From NCBI GenBank assembly GCA_010356995.1, contig ML996696.1:808364-872363 (forward strand): a stretch of DNA of 64,000 nucleotides, given 5' to 3'. A program made the translations under genes and the position numbers. This document shows positions 12,436 through 23,439 of this stretch, one piece after another. Numbering within the stretch: the stretch's first letter is position 1; the number at the start of each line of letters is the position of its first letter. Under the pieces are notes generated by a model that saw only the letters and a list, made by a program, of their open reading frames with translations, ran no database searches and had not been told where the DNA came from. This DNA comes from Trichodelitschia bisporula. Lineage: Eukaryota.

Positions 12436-13966
12436 ATGAGCGGGCACGACTGGGTTGGGCGTGCGATCGAGGTGGTTAAGAAGGCGATCGAGTATGACCA
12501 GGCGGAGAACTATGAGGAGGCATACAAGGCGTACATGAATGCTTGTGAGGAAGCGCTGCTGGATTCGTGGGACAAGTGCTAATGATGGGCAGTGGAGCAC
12601 TTTATGCTAGCGTTGAAGTGTGAGTGATGCTGCTTGAGGCGTACTGCCTGGCTGACTGGTGCAGGGGAGAAGAATGCGGCGAATAAGGAGGTATTGAGGA
12701 AGAAGGTGGCGGAGTACATCTCGCGGGCGGAGAAGCTGAAGCAGCATCTGGACGATCAAAACGACAAGAAAAAGCCGAGTGCCATAGGGTCAAATGGCAA
12801 GGTTTCAGGCACCGGGGCCAAGGGAAAGTGCGTGGATATCGGCACTCGCTGAACAACTGAGTCGCTAACCCAAGTCAGGGCGGATGAAGAAGAAGATGCC
12901 GATTCCAAGAAGCTCAGAGGTGCCCTCGCTGGAGCTATCCTACAAGACAAGCCCAACATCAAGTGGGAAGACGTGGCGGGTTTGGAACAAGCAAAGGAAG
13001 CGCTGAAGGAGGCCGTCATTTTGCCCATAAAGTTTCCTCATCTCTTTCAGGGAAAACGCCAACCATGGAAGGGAATTCTACTCTACGGCCCCCCAGGTAC
13101 GGGTAAAAGTTACCTCGCAAAGGCCGTGGCGACGGAGGCGAACAGCACATTCTTCAGCGTCAGCAGTAGTGACTTGGTGTCAAAGTGGATGGGTGAGAGC
13201 GAACGGTAAGGCTCTCTAACATTTTACGAGTTATTCTAACGGCGCCAGTCTCGTAAAGCAGCTCTTCAACATGGCCCGAGAGAACAAACCATCCATCATC
13301 TTCATCGACGAAATCGACGCCCTCTGTGGTCCCCGCGGTGAAGGCGAATCAGAAGCGTCCCGCCGTATCAAGACGGAGCTGCTGGTGCAAATGGACGGCG
13401 TGGGCAAGGACTCGCGCGGCGTGCTCATCCTCGGCGCGACTAACATCCCCTGGCAGCTCGACGCCGCTATTCGCCGTCGCTTCCAGCGCAGAGTACACAT
13501 CAGCTTGCCAGACCTGCAGGCCCGCATCAAGATGTTCGAGTTGGCGGTGGGGACTACGCCTTGCAAGCTTACGCCTGCAGATTACCGTCGGCTCGGAGCG
13601 CAGAGCGAAGGTTACTCAGGGAGTGATATCAGCATCGCGGTGCAGGATGCTTTGATGCAACCTGTGCGGAAGATTCAGACGGCGACGCATTACAAGGAGG
13701 TATGTATCCCCTTTAATCGTGTTGCAAATTTACTGACCCACCAGGTCATCGTGGACGGCAAATCCAAGTTGACGCCTTGCTCGCCCGGCGACGCTGGCGC
13801 CATGGAGATGGACTGGACGCAGGTGGACTCTGAGAGGCTAGAGGAGCCGCCGCTGCTGTTGAAGGATTTTGAGAAGGCCATTCGTACGGCACGGCCAACG
13901 GTTAGCCAGGAAGATCTCATCCGCAATTCGGAGTGGACGAAGGAGTTTGGTAGCGAGGGGGCGTGA
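12436..13966 (+). CDS. VPS4: AAA ATPase Vps4 (ESCRT-III disassembly), 6 exons
   Basis: MIT domain, GPPGTGKS Walker A, IIFIDEID Walker B, LTPCSPGD beta-domain, [10 protein letters not shown]-terminus. Confidence 0.97.
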
Positions 13967-14339
13967 TTGCACATATGCAGGGTTTGCGCCAGCATGTATA
14001 AATGCATGTTTAGTTCTCGAACTTGGTAATGAGATGATGTGGAGTTGGGTTGAGGGTAGAGGAATATAGGGGACATGATTACGTCTATGAATGCCTTGTT
14101 TGTGGTGGGGCGGAAGTGTAGCACTCGGTAGGGATCTGGATACCATTACGCATGGCGTTGACACTGAGCGGTTGTTGTTTGCGTTTGTGGAGGGATGGTG
14201 AGCGCGTGGTCAGAATGTATACGTATCACACACAAGGGGCATGAGGTTCTGGTGTTGAGTACATTTCAATTCCTCGTGATATTCTTGCCGTCAACGGTAG
14301 TGTCCAGCAACTCTTGGTTATCATCTACCATGCTAATAG

Positions 14340-14945
14340 TCCACACAATGAACAACCAAACAGGGACATGGGAGGCGAGGGTTGGCATCCCGACCGCGAG
14401 CGTTGCTAACTGTAGCAAACTCAACCACTTCCTGACAATCTCGCTCTTTCCGTTCCGCATCTTCCGTTCTTCAGGATGCGTCCGCCGGCCCGCTTCCAGC
14501 ATTGATCCAAATCCGACCGTCCTGGGCCAAAGTACTTCAACCGCCCAACCCCTAACGACATGGTAATTTTGAACAGCAGGCCTAGCAGCCCCGGGTTGCC
14601 ACCTCTGATGCCAGAGTCTACACGGCGAGCAACCGAGCAGCGACATAGGAGGAACGGGTTGTTGCCCCGACCGCGAGCGCTGCTAATCGTTGACAGCTCC
14701 ACCACTTGTTGACAATCTTTGTCTTTCCTTTCTTCGGGATCCGCCCACAAGCCCGCTTCTAGCATTGATCAACATCCGATCGCCCTGGGACGAAGTGCTT
14801 CAAGCCCCCATGAAATCGACGTCTTCAACGGCAGGACCAGCAACCCCTTGGTCACTGCCTCTAATGCCAGAATCTACAGCATGAACAACCAAACAGAGAC
14901 ATGCATTTCGCGCATTTGGGACCCGGCGGGGGATGGCTAATCGTG
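14340..14945. repeat. Degenerate tandem repeat A, ~265-280 bp, about 2.3 copies
   Basis: ccgaccgcgagcg(t/c)tgctaa at ~14390/14670; cccgcttc(c/t)agcattgatc at ~14490/14752; atgaacaaccaaacag at ~14348/14881. Confidence 0.8.
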
Positions 14946-15419
14946 AGCCATCCTCCGGCCCGGACACACCGTCCGTCTCCGGCATTCGCTGCACCAATTC
15001 CTGAGCTCATTCTTAAGCCTGCAACCGCTCGTCGGACCCGATCACCGTCCGCAAAAGGCGCAATCCGGATCTAAGACTCGCCGCGGTACACGCCCGGATG
15101 GGGGCTTCGACGAATTCGACCATACCTTTTGATCAGAGGGAATAGCTCTGATTGCTGCTTTGATCGGATCGGATAGACGAGACGAGTGCAAGTGTAGGGA
15201 TCGAAGAAGTGCAGGAGGTATCTGTTGCCGTCGAAGATGGTTCACAGAACATCAAGTCCCCGGCTCTGTCCAGAGAGCACACCGCCACGCCTGAGAATTC
15301 TTCCGTAGGGTTGCTGCCCCGGCAGGGAGAGCCCCCTCAGGTAGCTGCCGGCCCTGTTCAAGGAAGCTCCGGAAGCTCCGGAAGCAGTGCGTTGTTGCCC
15401 CTGGAGACAGCGACGCCCG

Positions 15420-16640
15420 GAACGGCAGCGAGAGGAAAGCGATAGAAGAAGGGTATCCAAGCGATGCCTGTGCGGCTGTGTCGAGCACGCTCTAGAAGAA
15501 GCGGGTATCTGGAGCTGAAGGCGGCGCAGGCACGAATTTGTCGCGATGGTTGGTTCCCCGACACCAGATTTTGAGAGCCATGGAGTCGAGGAATGTTGGT
15601 CCGCGAAAGCAGAGGAGAGTTCTGGGGATCAGAAAGGTTGATGTCGCTGGTATGATGCGTCATGAGGAACACGCTCTGCCCGACCGGGTTCCACGGACAC
15701 ATTGCCTGGATCCCACATGGAACGGACCCATTGATAGGGTCCTTCGCCGTCCTTGGAACAGCCGCCGGGCCCGACCACAGTCCGCAAGACGCGCAACCCA
15801 GCCCCATAGGATAGTGGTGGTAATATCCGGGCTAGCTCTGCCTCGAAAGCGCACCGCAACACCAGAGTAATAGGAGAAGGAGTAGGAGGCCCGGACTTGG
15901 AGCCGTCTGGTAGAAGACGCTAGAATACCGAGCGCGCTCTGGCAACGAGGGGACATCCAGCGCCGAGTCGGGCGGGGTGAGGTTGTTATCGGGCCTCTAG
16001 TGATGCCTGGAGTGATGTGTGGTTGCCGTGGTGATCCCCAAGACACCATGTCCGTGAAAATTTCACTTTGGTCTTGGTCGACAGCTTGCCCTTTGAGGAC
16101 GAGACTTTGGAGGTGTGTATCCGGGGCTAGTTCTGCCCCAAAAGCGTACCGCAACGCCGGAGACTTCCGAAACCCGGATGAATGCCCCTATCTGCCTTCG
16201 TTTTCAGCCTTGACTACATCGCATTAATCTCCCAGACAGAGAATGGGAATCGACTTGCCTCCTGCAGGCGCTCGAAGCTTTTCGAGCATTGGACACGCCT
16301 TTAAGACTGCTACTGCGAGTTAGCCAGCTGGACAACTCGCGATTGGACAACAGTTAAAAGCCCACCTTCGGCTCCAACTTTGCAGCCCCTTTCGACGTCA
16401 CAATGGTTGAACAAAGGGCGTGTAATGTTTATAGGGGAGAGTAGAAAGCCCGCCCGGCCTTGGAGTCATCCGAGTAGAGGCCATTAGCATACCGAGCGTG
16501 CTCTGGTAATGAGCGGACATCTAGCGCCGGGGTGGGCACACGGGCGAATTCGTCGTCGAAGTTTGCTGCCGGGTACCAGATATTGAGAGCCATGGAGTCG
16601 TAGGGACATGGTCCGCTCAAGGGCGCATTGAACAACTTTC
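15420..16640 (-). repeat. Degenerate repeat B (~500-560 bp spacing, ~3 partial copies) with a decayed coding-like frame on the minus strand
   Basis: tgagagccatggagtcg at ~15572/16583; ataccgagcg.gctctgg.aa at ~15925/16489; translates as DSMAL.IW and ALDV.SLPE.ARY. Confidence 0.6.
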
Positions 16641-16949
16641 AGTACGTGAGGCAGGTATTCTCGGCATGCCGACAGCTCGTCGAAGTTGTACTGGACGTCT
16701 GGAATACCTCCACGGTGCGCTCTACTGCCTTCTTTCTTGCCTTCTCTTCCTCATGCGGGTGCCTTCCTAGCTAAATCTGTGTGGTCTTCTGGACTAGTGC
16801 GTGCATGTCGAAGGTGCGCTCGTCTTCCCTGCGGGGACGAGAGGCGGTGTGAACTGAGTCCGGCGCGCAGGGGGCCGCATCCTTGTCTTTCTTGTCCGGC
16901 CTGACACAAGAGTCATGAGATCGACGGCGTGGCTGCGCCGGCCGCGGAT

Positions 16950-18230
16950 GGCGATAGTTCCGTACCGGAGTCAGGAAGGAGGCAGGCGAATACAATGTAG
17001 TCGATTGGCGCCATGCCGAAATGGGACGGCCTCAAAGGACACCCGAGCCGCCGAGCGCGCGATACGGTCGTGATCTGGAGTTGTATTCCGAGCCGGGCCA
17101 ACTTGCGGGCCGAAGGGGTGCCGAGGGCGCATGAATCGAAGAAGCGCACAACCCAGCGGCAAATTTTTAGTCTTCAAAGAACGCCTAGCCGCGAGCAGAT
17201 GCTGATGGTTTCGTAGAGGAGTCAGGGAGGAGGCAGGCGGACGCAATACGGCAGGAACTACATCCCCCGGGATGGCTCAGTACTCAATAAGTCCTGGATG
17301 GAGACGCGTAAGGCAGCTTCTCAATGTCGCGCCTCGCCCGCCGGGCGCGGAGTAGCGGGAATTTGCAGTTGTGTTGCGAGCGGAGGCAACGTCCGGACCG
17401 AGAGTGTTCAAGAAGGCAACCCAATACACCTGGTGACATCGGGGCGCGCGAAGGCACACCGACATAGCTCCTTTGTGATGTCCTCCAGGTGAGACACGGA
17501 GTCTGAATCGCCTTGTACTGTGTCGGGCCGGAAAAGGGGGGGCGGTGCGAGTGCCCGGCGGCAACAGAACGGCCAGTACGAAGCATGGTACGGTAGTGGT
17601 ACATGGGAGGCCAGTAGGCCCCACGAATTCAAGGCGGAAACTTTCAGCCCGGCTGCCCCGCGGAGTTTGTTGGTAACCTGGAGTTGAATTGCGAGCCGAG
17701 CCAACGTCCGGACCGAGGGCGTTCAAAAAGGCTGCCCCGCCGGACCGACATGAATCCTCCGGGATTTTCCCCAGAAAGACACGAATTTGGCGTTGCCGTA
17801 CTCTGTACCGGGCCGGAATAAGAACAATGTCAGGGCAGGCAACGCTCGCAGTGGGGCCAAGGTGAAGTACAGGCGGCGGTCCAGAAAAGGCCGAGCAGGC
17901 CCCACGAATCGAATACAATAACTTTCAGCGCAGATGCCCCGCGGGGTATGGTCGTGATCCGGGGTTGATGCGAGCCGAGCCAACGCCTGGGGCGATGGAC
18001 TTGAGTCGTCGGGCCGGGAACGGTTTGCGATTGGGTTGCTGGCGGCAACAGGACGGCCGAATACCGGAGGAGGGAGGCTGTCTAGACAAGGCCGAGCAGA
18101 CCCCACGAGTAGTTTGGCTTGATTTGAACCCAGGCTTTCACCGGGGGACCAAGTGCCCTCGACCGTTCGTATTGCAGACACCGACATGGTCGTCGGCTCG
18201 GGCCAACGGAGCTCGCTCAGGCGGAGCATA
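16950..18230. repeat. Degenerate tandem repeat C, ~290-310 bp, 4-5 copies
   Basis: (g/c)cgagc(c/g)g(a/g)g(c/g)caac motif at ~17088, 17376, 17691, 17970; aggccccacgaat at ~17616/17896. Confidence 0.75.
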
Positions 18231-18266
18231 AGTCAGCATCGAAAATTTCACACCCACTAGTCTCCT

Positions 18267-18348
18267 GGTCTTATAGTGTAGTTGGTTAGCACACGGGATT
18301 CTGATAAGAAGCTTTCCCGGGACCCCGGTTCGAGTCCGGGTAGGACCT
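18267..18348 (+). tRNA. tRNA-Gln(CTG) with ~9 nt intron (18305-18313)
   Basis: Acceptor GGTCTTA/TAGGACC, anticodon stem CGGGA/TCCCG with TT-CTG-A loop, T-arm CCCGG-TTCGAGT-CCGGG, A and B boxes, TTTT shortly downstream. Confidence 0.93.
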
Positions 18349-20794
18349 ACAGTTTTGCTTGCAGACCATGACTTTGGCGTGGTAGGCGCCCGGCAGGCGG
18401 GACATAAGGGGGCAAGATGACGGCTGTGTTGCTTCCGGCTGGATGGGCGATGTGGCTCCGCCGCCGGGAACGACCGTGGGATTAGAAGCCGCTGTGGAGA
18501 GGGGGTAACGGGTTGGGGGGGTGTTGTGTGGTCGGTGTTGTGTGGTCGGAGGAGGGAGGCGAGTGGACGGCGGGACACCAGCCCGGGAGAAATGTTTTGC
18601 ATCTGCAGGAAGCCAAAAACAGATACTGTAGGAGATCACCGTACATGAGACGCGTCGCGGAATAGGCGAGGAGAATTTCGCTCCCGAAGCGCCGTGGTTG
18701 TCGCATCGACGTGTATGGGCGGAGACAAGCGCAGCGGCCGCAATAAGTCTCATAGCTGAGTGCCCGAGGGCCAGACCACACAAGCCGTCGTAGGGCTGAT
18801 CTGAGAGGGAGGGTGACTGGACGCGACGTAACACCAGACCGGGGAAAGTCGTTGCTCGATGTTCAAAACCAGACACGACCCTCGTGGGAGCTCGCCGTGC
18901 ATGAAGCGCACCGCAAAATCAATGATGAACTCCGCCCCCCTGAAGTGCCGCGGTGGTCGCCTCGACGCATATGGGCGGAGTCAACCGCAGCGGCCGCAGT
19001 TCGTTGTACCGGCACACGACCGCAATTCGTAGTTTTTATCTTCGGCTGCAATTTCAAGGAGGTGGACCAGGCCGCGAGGCCGGACCAAACTAGGTGTCGT
19101 AAGAGGGGACTAGCAACCGAGAAATCATGTTCCGGCTTTCCCAGCCAGACAAACGCGGGCGGAAGCCGGTATAGGCCTGGAGTAGGAGGGCTCAGGCGAG
19201 CACCAACCATGATGGCCAAGATTGGGAAAAGGAAGGGGAGGCGTGGAAAGAGGCGCCATCCAAAGGTCGGGCTCATTGCCAGGAAGACACCCCACCGACG
19301 CGAACAATACCGCGAAGGAATAATTACAGGACACTCCATCCGGTAGATCCAAAGAGCCCCGGAATGCTGCATCGTGGTAGGAGGCTGAAATATAACCTCC
19401 TGCTCGCAGGCACTATGCTGAAGAAGATGTCACAGCTGAGAGCCGTCGATGGATTTGCTACCCAGTAGAGATACTGAGTAGTGAAGGTGATGTACACCAC
19501 CGACAGCACGAACCGACGCACAGTTATGCAACATACCCGGAGCCGGTCGCCGGTGAGCGGGACGCCATTAGGGGTAGCCTTAGCCGCCCGGCTTTGTACG
19601 CAGCCCAGGCATTCCCCGAACACTTCGGCCTTGTATGCGATTGGTCCAGTAGACATTGCGCGAGGGGCTGGGTCAGTTCGAGTACGATAGAGACTTGAGG
19701 CTTTCCGCTTGCACTCCAGGAGGATGAGAAGGTCCATGGCCCCTGACGACTTCGTACTATACTTGATATGGGGGGAAAGCCTTTCGGTCGAGCCCGAGGG
19801 CGGCTTCTTCGACATCCCAGCCCGTCAAAGCCGTTGAACCGGAGTCGTTCATAAATGAGACGGCCATGCTGGGGGAGCTCGGGGAGGGCTTCGGCTGTTT
19901 TCGCACAGGACTGCTCCATCGGTCAGGGAGTTTACCCCTTTTTGCCGGAGGACGACCTCGTAGGCTACCAAAGGAAAGTTGCAAGATACCTGCCTATGCC
20001 CGAGCCCGGGGGGATGACGAGGAGAGAATTGCGGCCCGAAGCCGACGGCACCGAATGGGCTTTTTGTGGCACCCGCCCGGTTCAACCTGGTGACGGCAGC
20101 CGGGAATGCGAGTGATCAGGTCTCCACCCAGCAGAGAGGTGCGCCCACATAGTCCTTCTTCCTCCCGCGCCGGACCCAGCCACATGGGTAGGCTGGATTT
20201 AAAACCCGGAATGTGGGCAAGGCGCGTTGGGCGCCCTCAGCACCGGAGAGCGGGCCGGAGGTAGATCCAGGAGTGATCAGGTCTCCTTCCAGTTGGGAGA
20301 CATGCCCACATGCGGATGTTTTCTCGCGGGCCGGACCTAGCGACAATGACCGCCGCAAATTTTGGCTTGCGAAAATACCCGTATAATGTTGGCGCAAGAA
20401 TGAGGCAAACAATGTTGATGAAAGCGAGTGTCTAAAAAGTGAAAGTGAAGCCCGTAGCCCTGGGCGGACCTCGCCAAATAGTGATGGAGGCTAGGGTAGG
20501 TCCGGGTGTGATCAGGTCTCCTCCCAGCAGGGAGGCGCGCCCACATAGTCCTTCTTAGTCCAGCGCCGGACACAGCGACAATGAGCTTGAGTACCTTTAA
20601 TGCAGATTGTAGGTCAGAGGCGCGTGGACGCCCTCGGTGTCTGGAGAGCACGCTGCTAAGCGTGGTCGGTCCAGGAGTGATCAAGTTCCACCCAGCAAGG
20701 AGACACACAGACGCATTTTTCGTCCTTCTCTGGCGCCGGACCCAGCCACCATGTGGCTTCAAGTAGGAAAACAGGAATGTGTGTAAGGGGCGCT

Positions 20795-20962
20795 GTGCTT
20801 CTTCTGGTAGTTTCTGGAGTGGTAGTACGCGATGTGGCATTTGGGGCACTGCTTCAGCGGCACGAAGAAGCTTTCTCGGCTCTTGCCGCAGCCGTGACAC
20901 TTCGAGATATCGCCTAGGAAAGCCGTCTGCTGGGGGGAAGCCTCGATCAACTTGTCCACAAA
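20795..20962 (-). pseudogene. MYND zinc-finger gene fragment inserted in a repeat D unit
   Basis: KCHGCGK..LKQCPKCHIAYYHSRNYQKKH matches the MYND pattern C-x2-C..C-x2-C..YCS..CQ..HW with two Cys lost. Confidence 0.7.
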
Positions 20963-21585
20963 GCGCCCTTGGCGCCATGAAGCCGGCCAGGTAGAAGCAG
21001 TAGGTGAAGCAGTGACCAGGTGTGCTCCCAGCAGGGAAACACGCGCCCACATGTCTTCGTCGTTTTCAAACCCCGGAATGTAGCCAAGGGGCGCGGTGAG
21101 CACGTCGGTAGGCGAGGTAGATCCAAGAGCGATCAGGTCTCATCTCAGCAGGGAGACACGCCCACATAAGGATGCTTTGTCCGCTTTGGGCGCCGGAGCC
21201 AGCCATATGGAGATTTTGGTATAAAAACCAGGAATGCGAGGAATGCGAGGAAAGCGCGTGTTGAGTACCGTCGGCGCCGGAGAGTGGGCCGGAGGTAGAT
21301 CCTTAGGGTCTCCTCCCAGCAAGGAGAGACACGCCCACATGCAGTCTGTGTGTCGGGACCCGGCACGGCCACAATAAGGGATCAGACCGAAAAACCCGGG
21401 ATGTAGGCAAGGATCGCGGCCCGAGTGGGCAAGATAGGTCCAGGAGTGCTCGGATCGCTTCCCAGCAGGGAGCCACAAGCCCACATGGTATGATCGGGTA
21501 ATGAGCCGGACCCAGCCACAATCTCGCTGCGGATGGAAAACCCCGGAAAAGTGAGCCGGGTGGATGCAGTGTGTCCGGGCCAACG

Positions 21586-21752
21586 AAGTGCTGTAGCGAT
21601 ACTAACACTGATGAATGGGGATCCCTGGCTAATGTATGCAGCGGCTTGGGTAATGGCAAGCGGCATGCACTCGAGTGTCTGAACCAGATCGATAGTGTCG
21701 CTGGAGGCTCGAATCCCACGACCGAGGGCAGAGTCGAAGTTCCAGTTGAAAA
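21586..21752 (-). pseudogene. NB-ARC (fungal NLR) gene fragment inserted in a repeat D unit
   Basis: DLVQTLECMPLAITQAAAYISQ matches the GLPL-motif helix of fungal NB-ARC NTPases. Confidence 0.8.
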
Positions 21753-21989
21753 TTCTGGGCTTCCCTCCCGGCACGGACACACGCCCACATAGCTTTCCCT
21801 CAAGGCGAGCCGGACCAAGCCACAATGAATTGCCCTTGGCTAAATCCGGAATGCAGGCAAGGAGCGCTGTAAAAGCCGCCACAACTGGCGGTGCAGACAC
21901 CGACGCGGCAAATCTCGGGCTGGACGCCGTGCTTTTTTAAGGCATCTGGGATGGATCGGGCCGTGTCAGAATCGACGGTGGACCAGCTA

Positions 21990-22800
21990 CAAGGTGCGGA
22001 GAACGCGCCGGGAGAGTAAGATGGTACGAAGGGCCACGGACGGGGCCAGACATCGCTATTTTTGACATCACCGTTATTTGGAGAGAGCCGGTCGTGAACG
22101 AGAGCCGGACGCAACCACAGTTACTGAAGATCGTGGACGGCCCGAAATGGAGGCAGCGTGCGCGTTCAGCGCTTTCGACACCGGGAAGCACGCCGGGAGA
22201 GTTAGATGGGTATGAAGAACAGCGGACGGGGCCGGACATCAATGGGCGTGGATGAGATCCTGGCTTCGAGAGAGTTGGATACGGGAATGGATCAACTGCT
22301 CCGATGCGGGGCCGGAGAACGGCGCAACGGTCGAATGTGAACATCGCTGGTGGTTGCGGTGCCGTTGAGGTGGACAAGAGTGTCATATGGGACCGGTTTG
22401 ACCGCCCTGGAGTCGAGATCGTGTCTCCTTCAGCAGGGACACACGCCCACATACGCGGTCATGGAGCTCTTCCAGGCGGGCCGGACCCAGCCGCATGTAT
22501 ATTTCGAGGTAAGAACCCGGAATGTAGGCAAGGGGCGCGTTCAGTGCCATCGACACCGGGGAAGCACGCCGGGAGAGTGAAATAAGTGCGACTGGTCACG
22601 GACCGGGGTAGAATAGTAGATTTCTAGCATTCGGAAATTCTGGTATGGAGAGTGGGATACTGCAACTGATAAGGCGTTCTGACGCGAGGCCGTAAAACGG
22701 CGCAAAGGTCGAACGTGAGCACCAAGGGCTGTTGCAGTGCTGTGTATGTTGATGATACAATGCAGTATGGGACCGTTTGACCTCCAGGGGGCCGAGGGAC
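21990..22800. repeat. Degenerate repeat E, ~375 bp, about 2 copies, including a repeat D-like core
   Basis: cgccgggagagt at ~22006/22191/22567; acggcgcaa.ggtcgaa.gtga at ~22319/22697; atgggacc(g)gtttgacc at ~22387/22767. Confidence 0.75.
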
Positions 22801-23439
22801 ACACAATGCCAGGCAATGCTGCGCCCGGTCAAGTTTGGAGCTGCTCGATGAACGGCCCGACCAGCCCCGAGGAGCGACCGAAATTGTACGACTTGTTGGT
22901 GCTCCAGTATTTGAAGTCCCTGGAGCCGAGAGGTGTAAATACGCGGAACTTGACTACCACCTGCGGCCTGGCGAGGCTGGGAACTGCTCAATCACGGTAG
23001 GCAGTGAGCCACCTGGATGGGTGGCCCGGCCAGACCCAAGGAGACGGGGACCAGTATGAGAGATGGTCTTTATTCCAGGCTGTGAAATGCCGGAGACAAG
23101 ATATATGTATTTCCTCGCCCGTCCTGTAACCAGATCAGTACTCGTTGACAGAATATCAGAGATCGAAGACTTCGTACCTGCAGACCACGCCCCCGTGAGA
23201 CGTCGCTCAGCAAGGAGGACGCCGGCAGGCGATGCGTGCGCACGTTTCCATACCAGGCCGCGCAAAGGCAAGGCCAGTTAAACTGCGTCAAGCCATCTCC
23301 CTAGGGCATGGTGAGGCTGTATTAACCCCCCGATCCGATCCATATACCACGAAGGAAAGAACCGTGATGGCAGTGGAAAGGCCGGAACACACGGACGGCG
23401 ATCAAGTTGGGTGCTGCACCGCCCGGCAGGACGGGCGGG

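Larger units (their letters stand above)
20103..21880. repeat. Degenerate tandem repeat D, ~120-170 bp core unit, ~9 copies, some with insertions
   Basis: gtgatcaggtctcc..cccagcagggag..cgcccacat..ccggacc.agccaca..aaacccggaatgt at ~20112, 20273, 20508, 20677, 21012, 21131, 21306, 21447, 21760. Confidence 0.88.

Noticed and set aside
13700..13744. In-frame stop-free VPS4 intron
   Set aside because: Expected by chance for a 45-nt intron; canonical signals and no evident functional consequence
18813..20115. Overlapping 130-177 aa ORFs next to the tRNA
   Set aside because: No recognisable domain or consistent gene model
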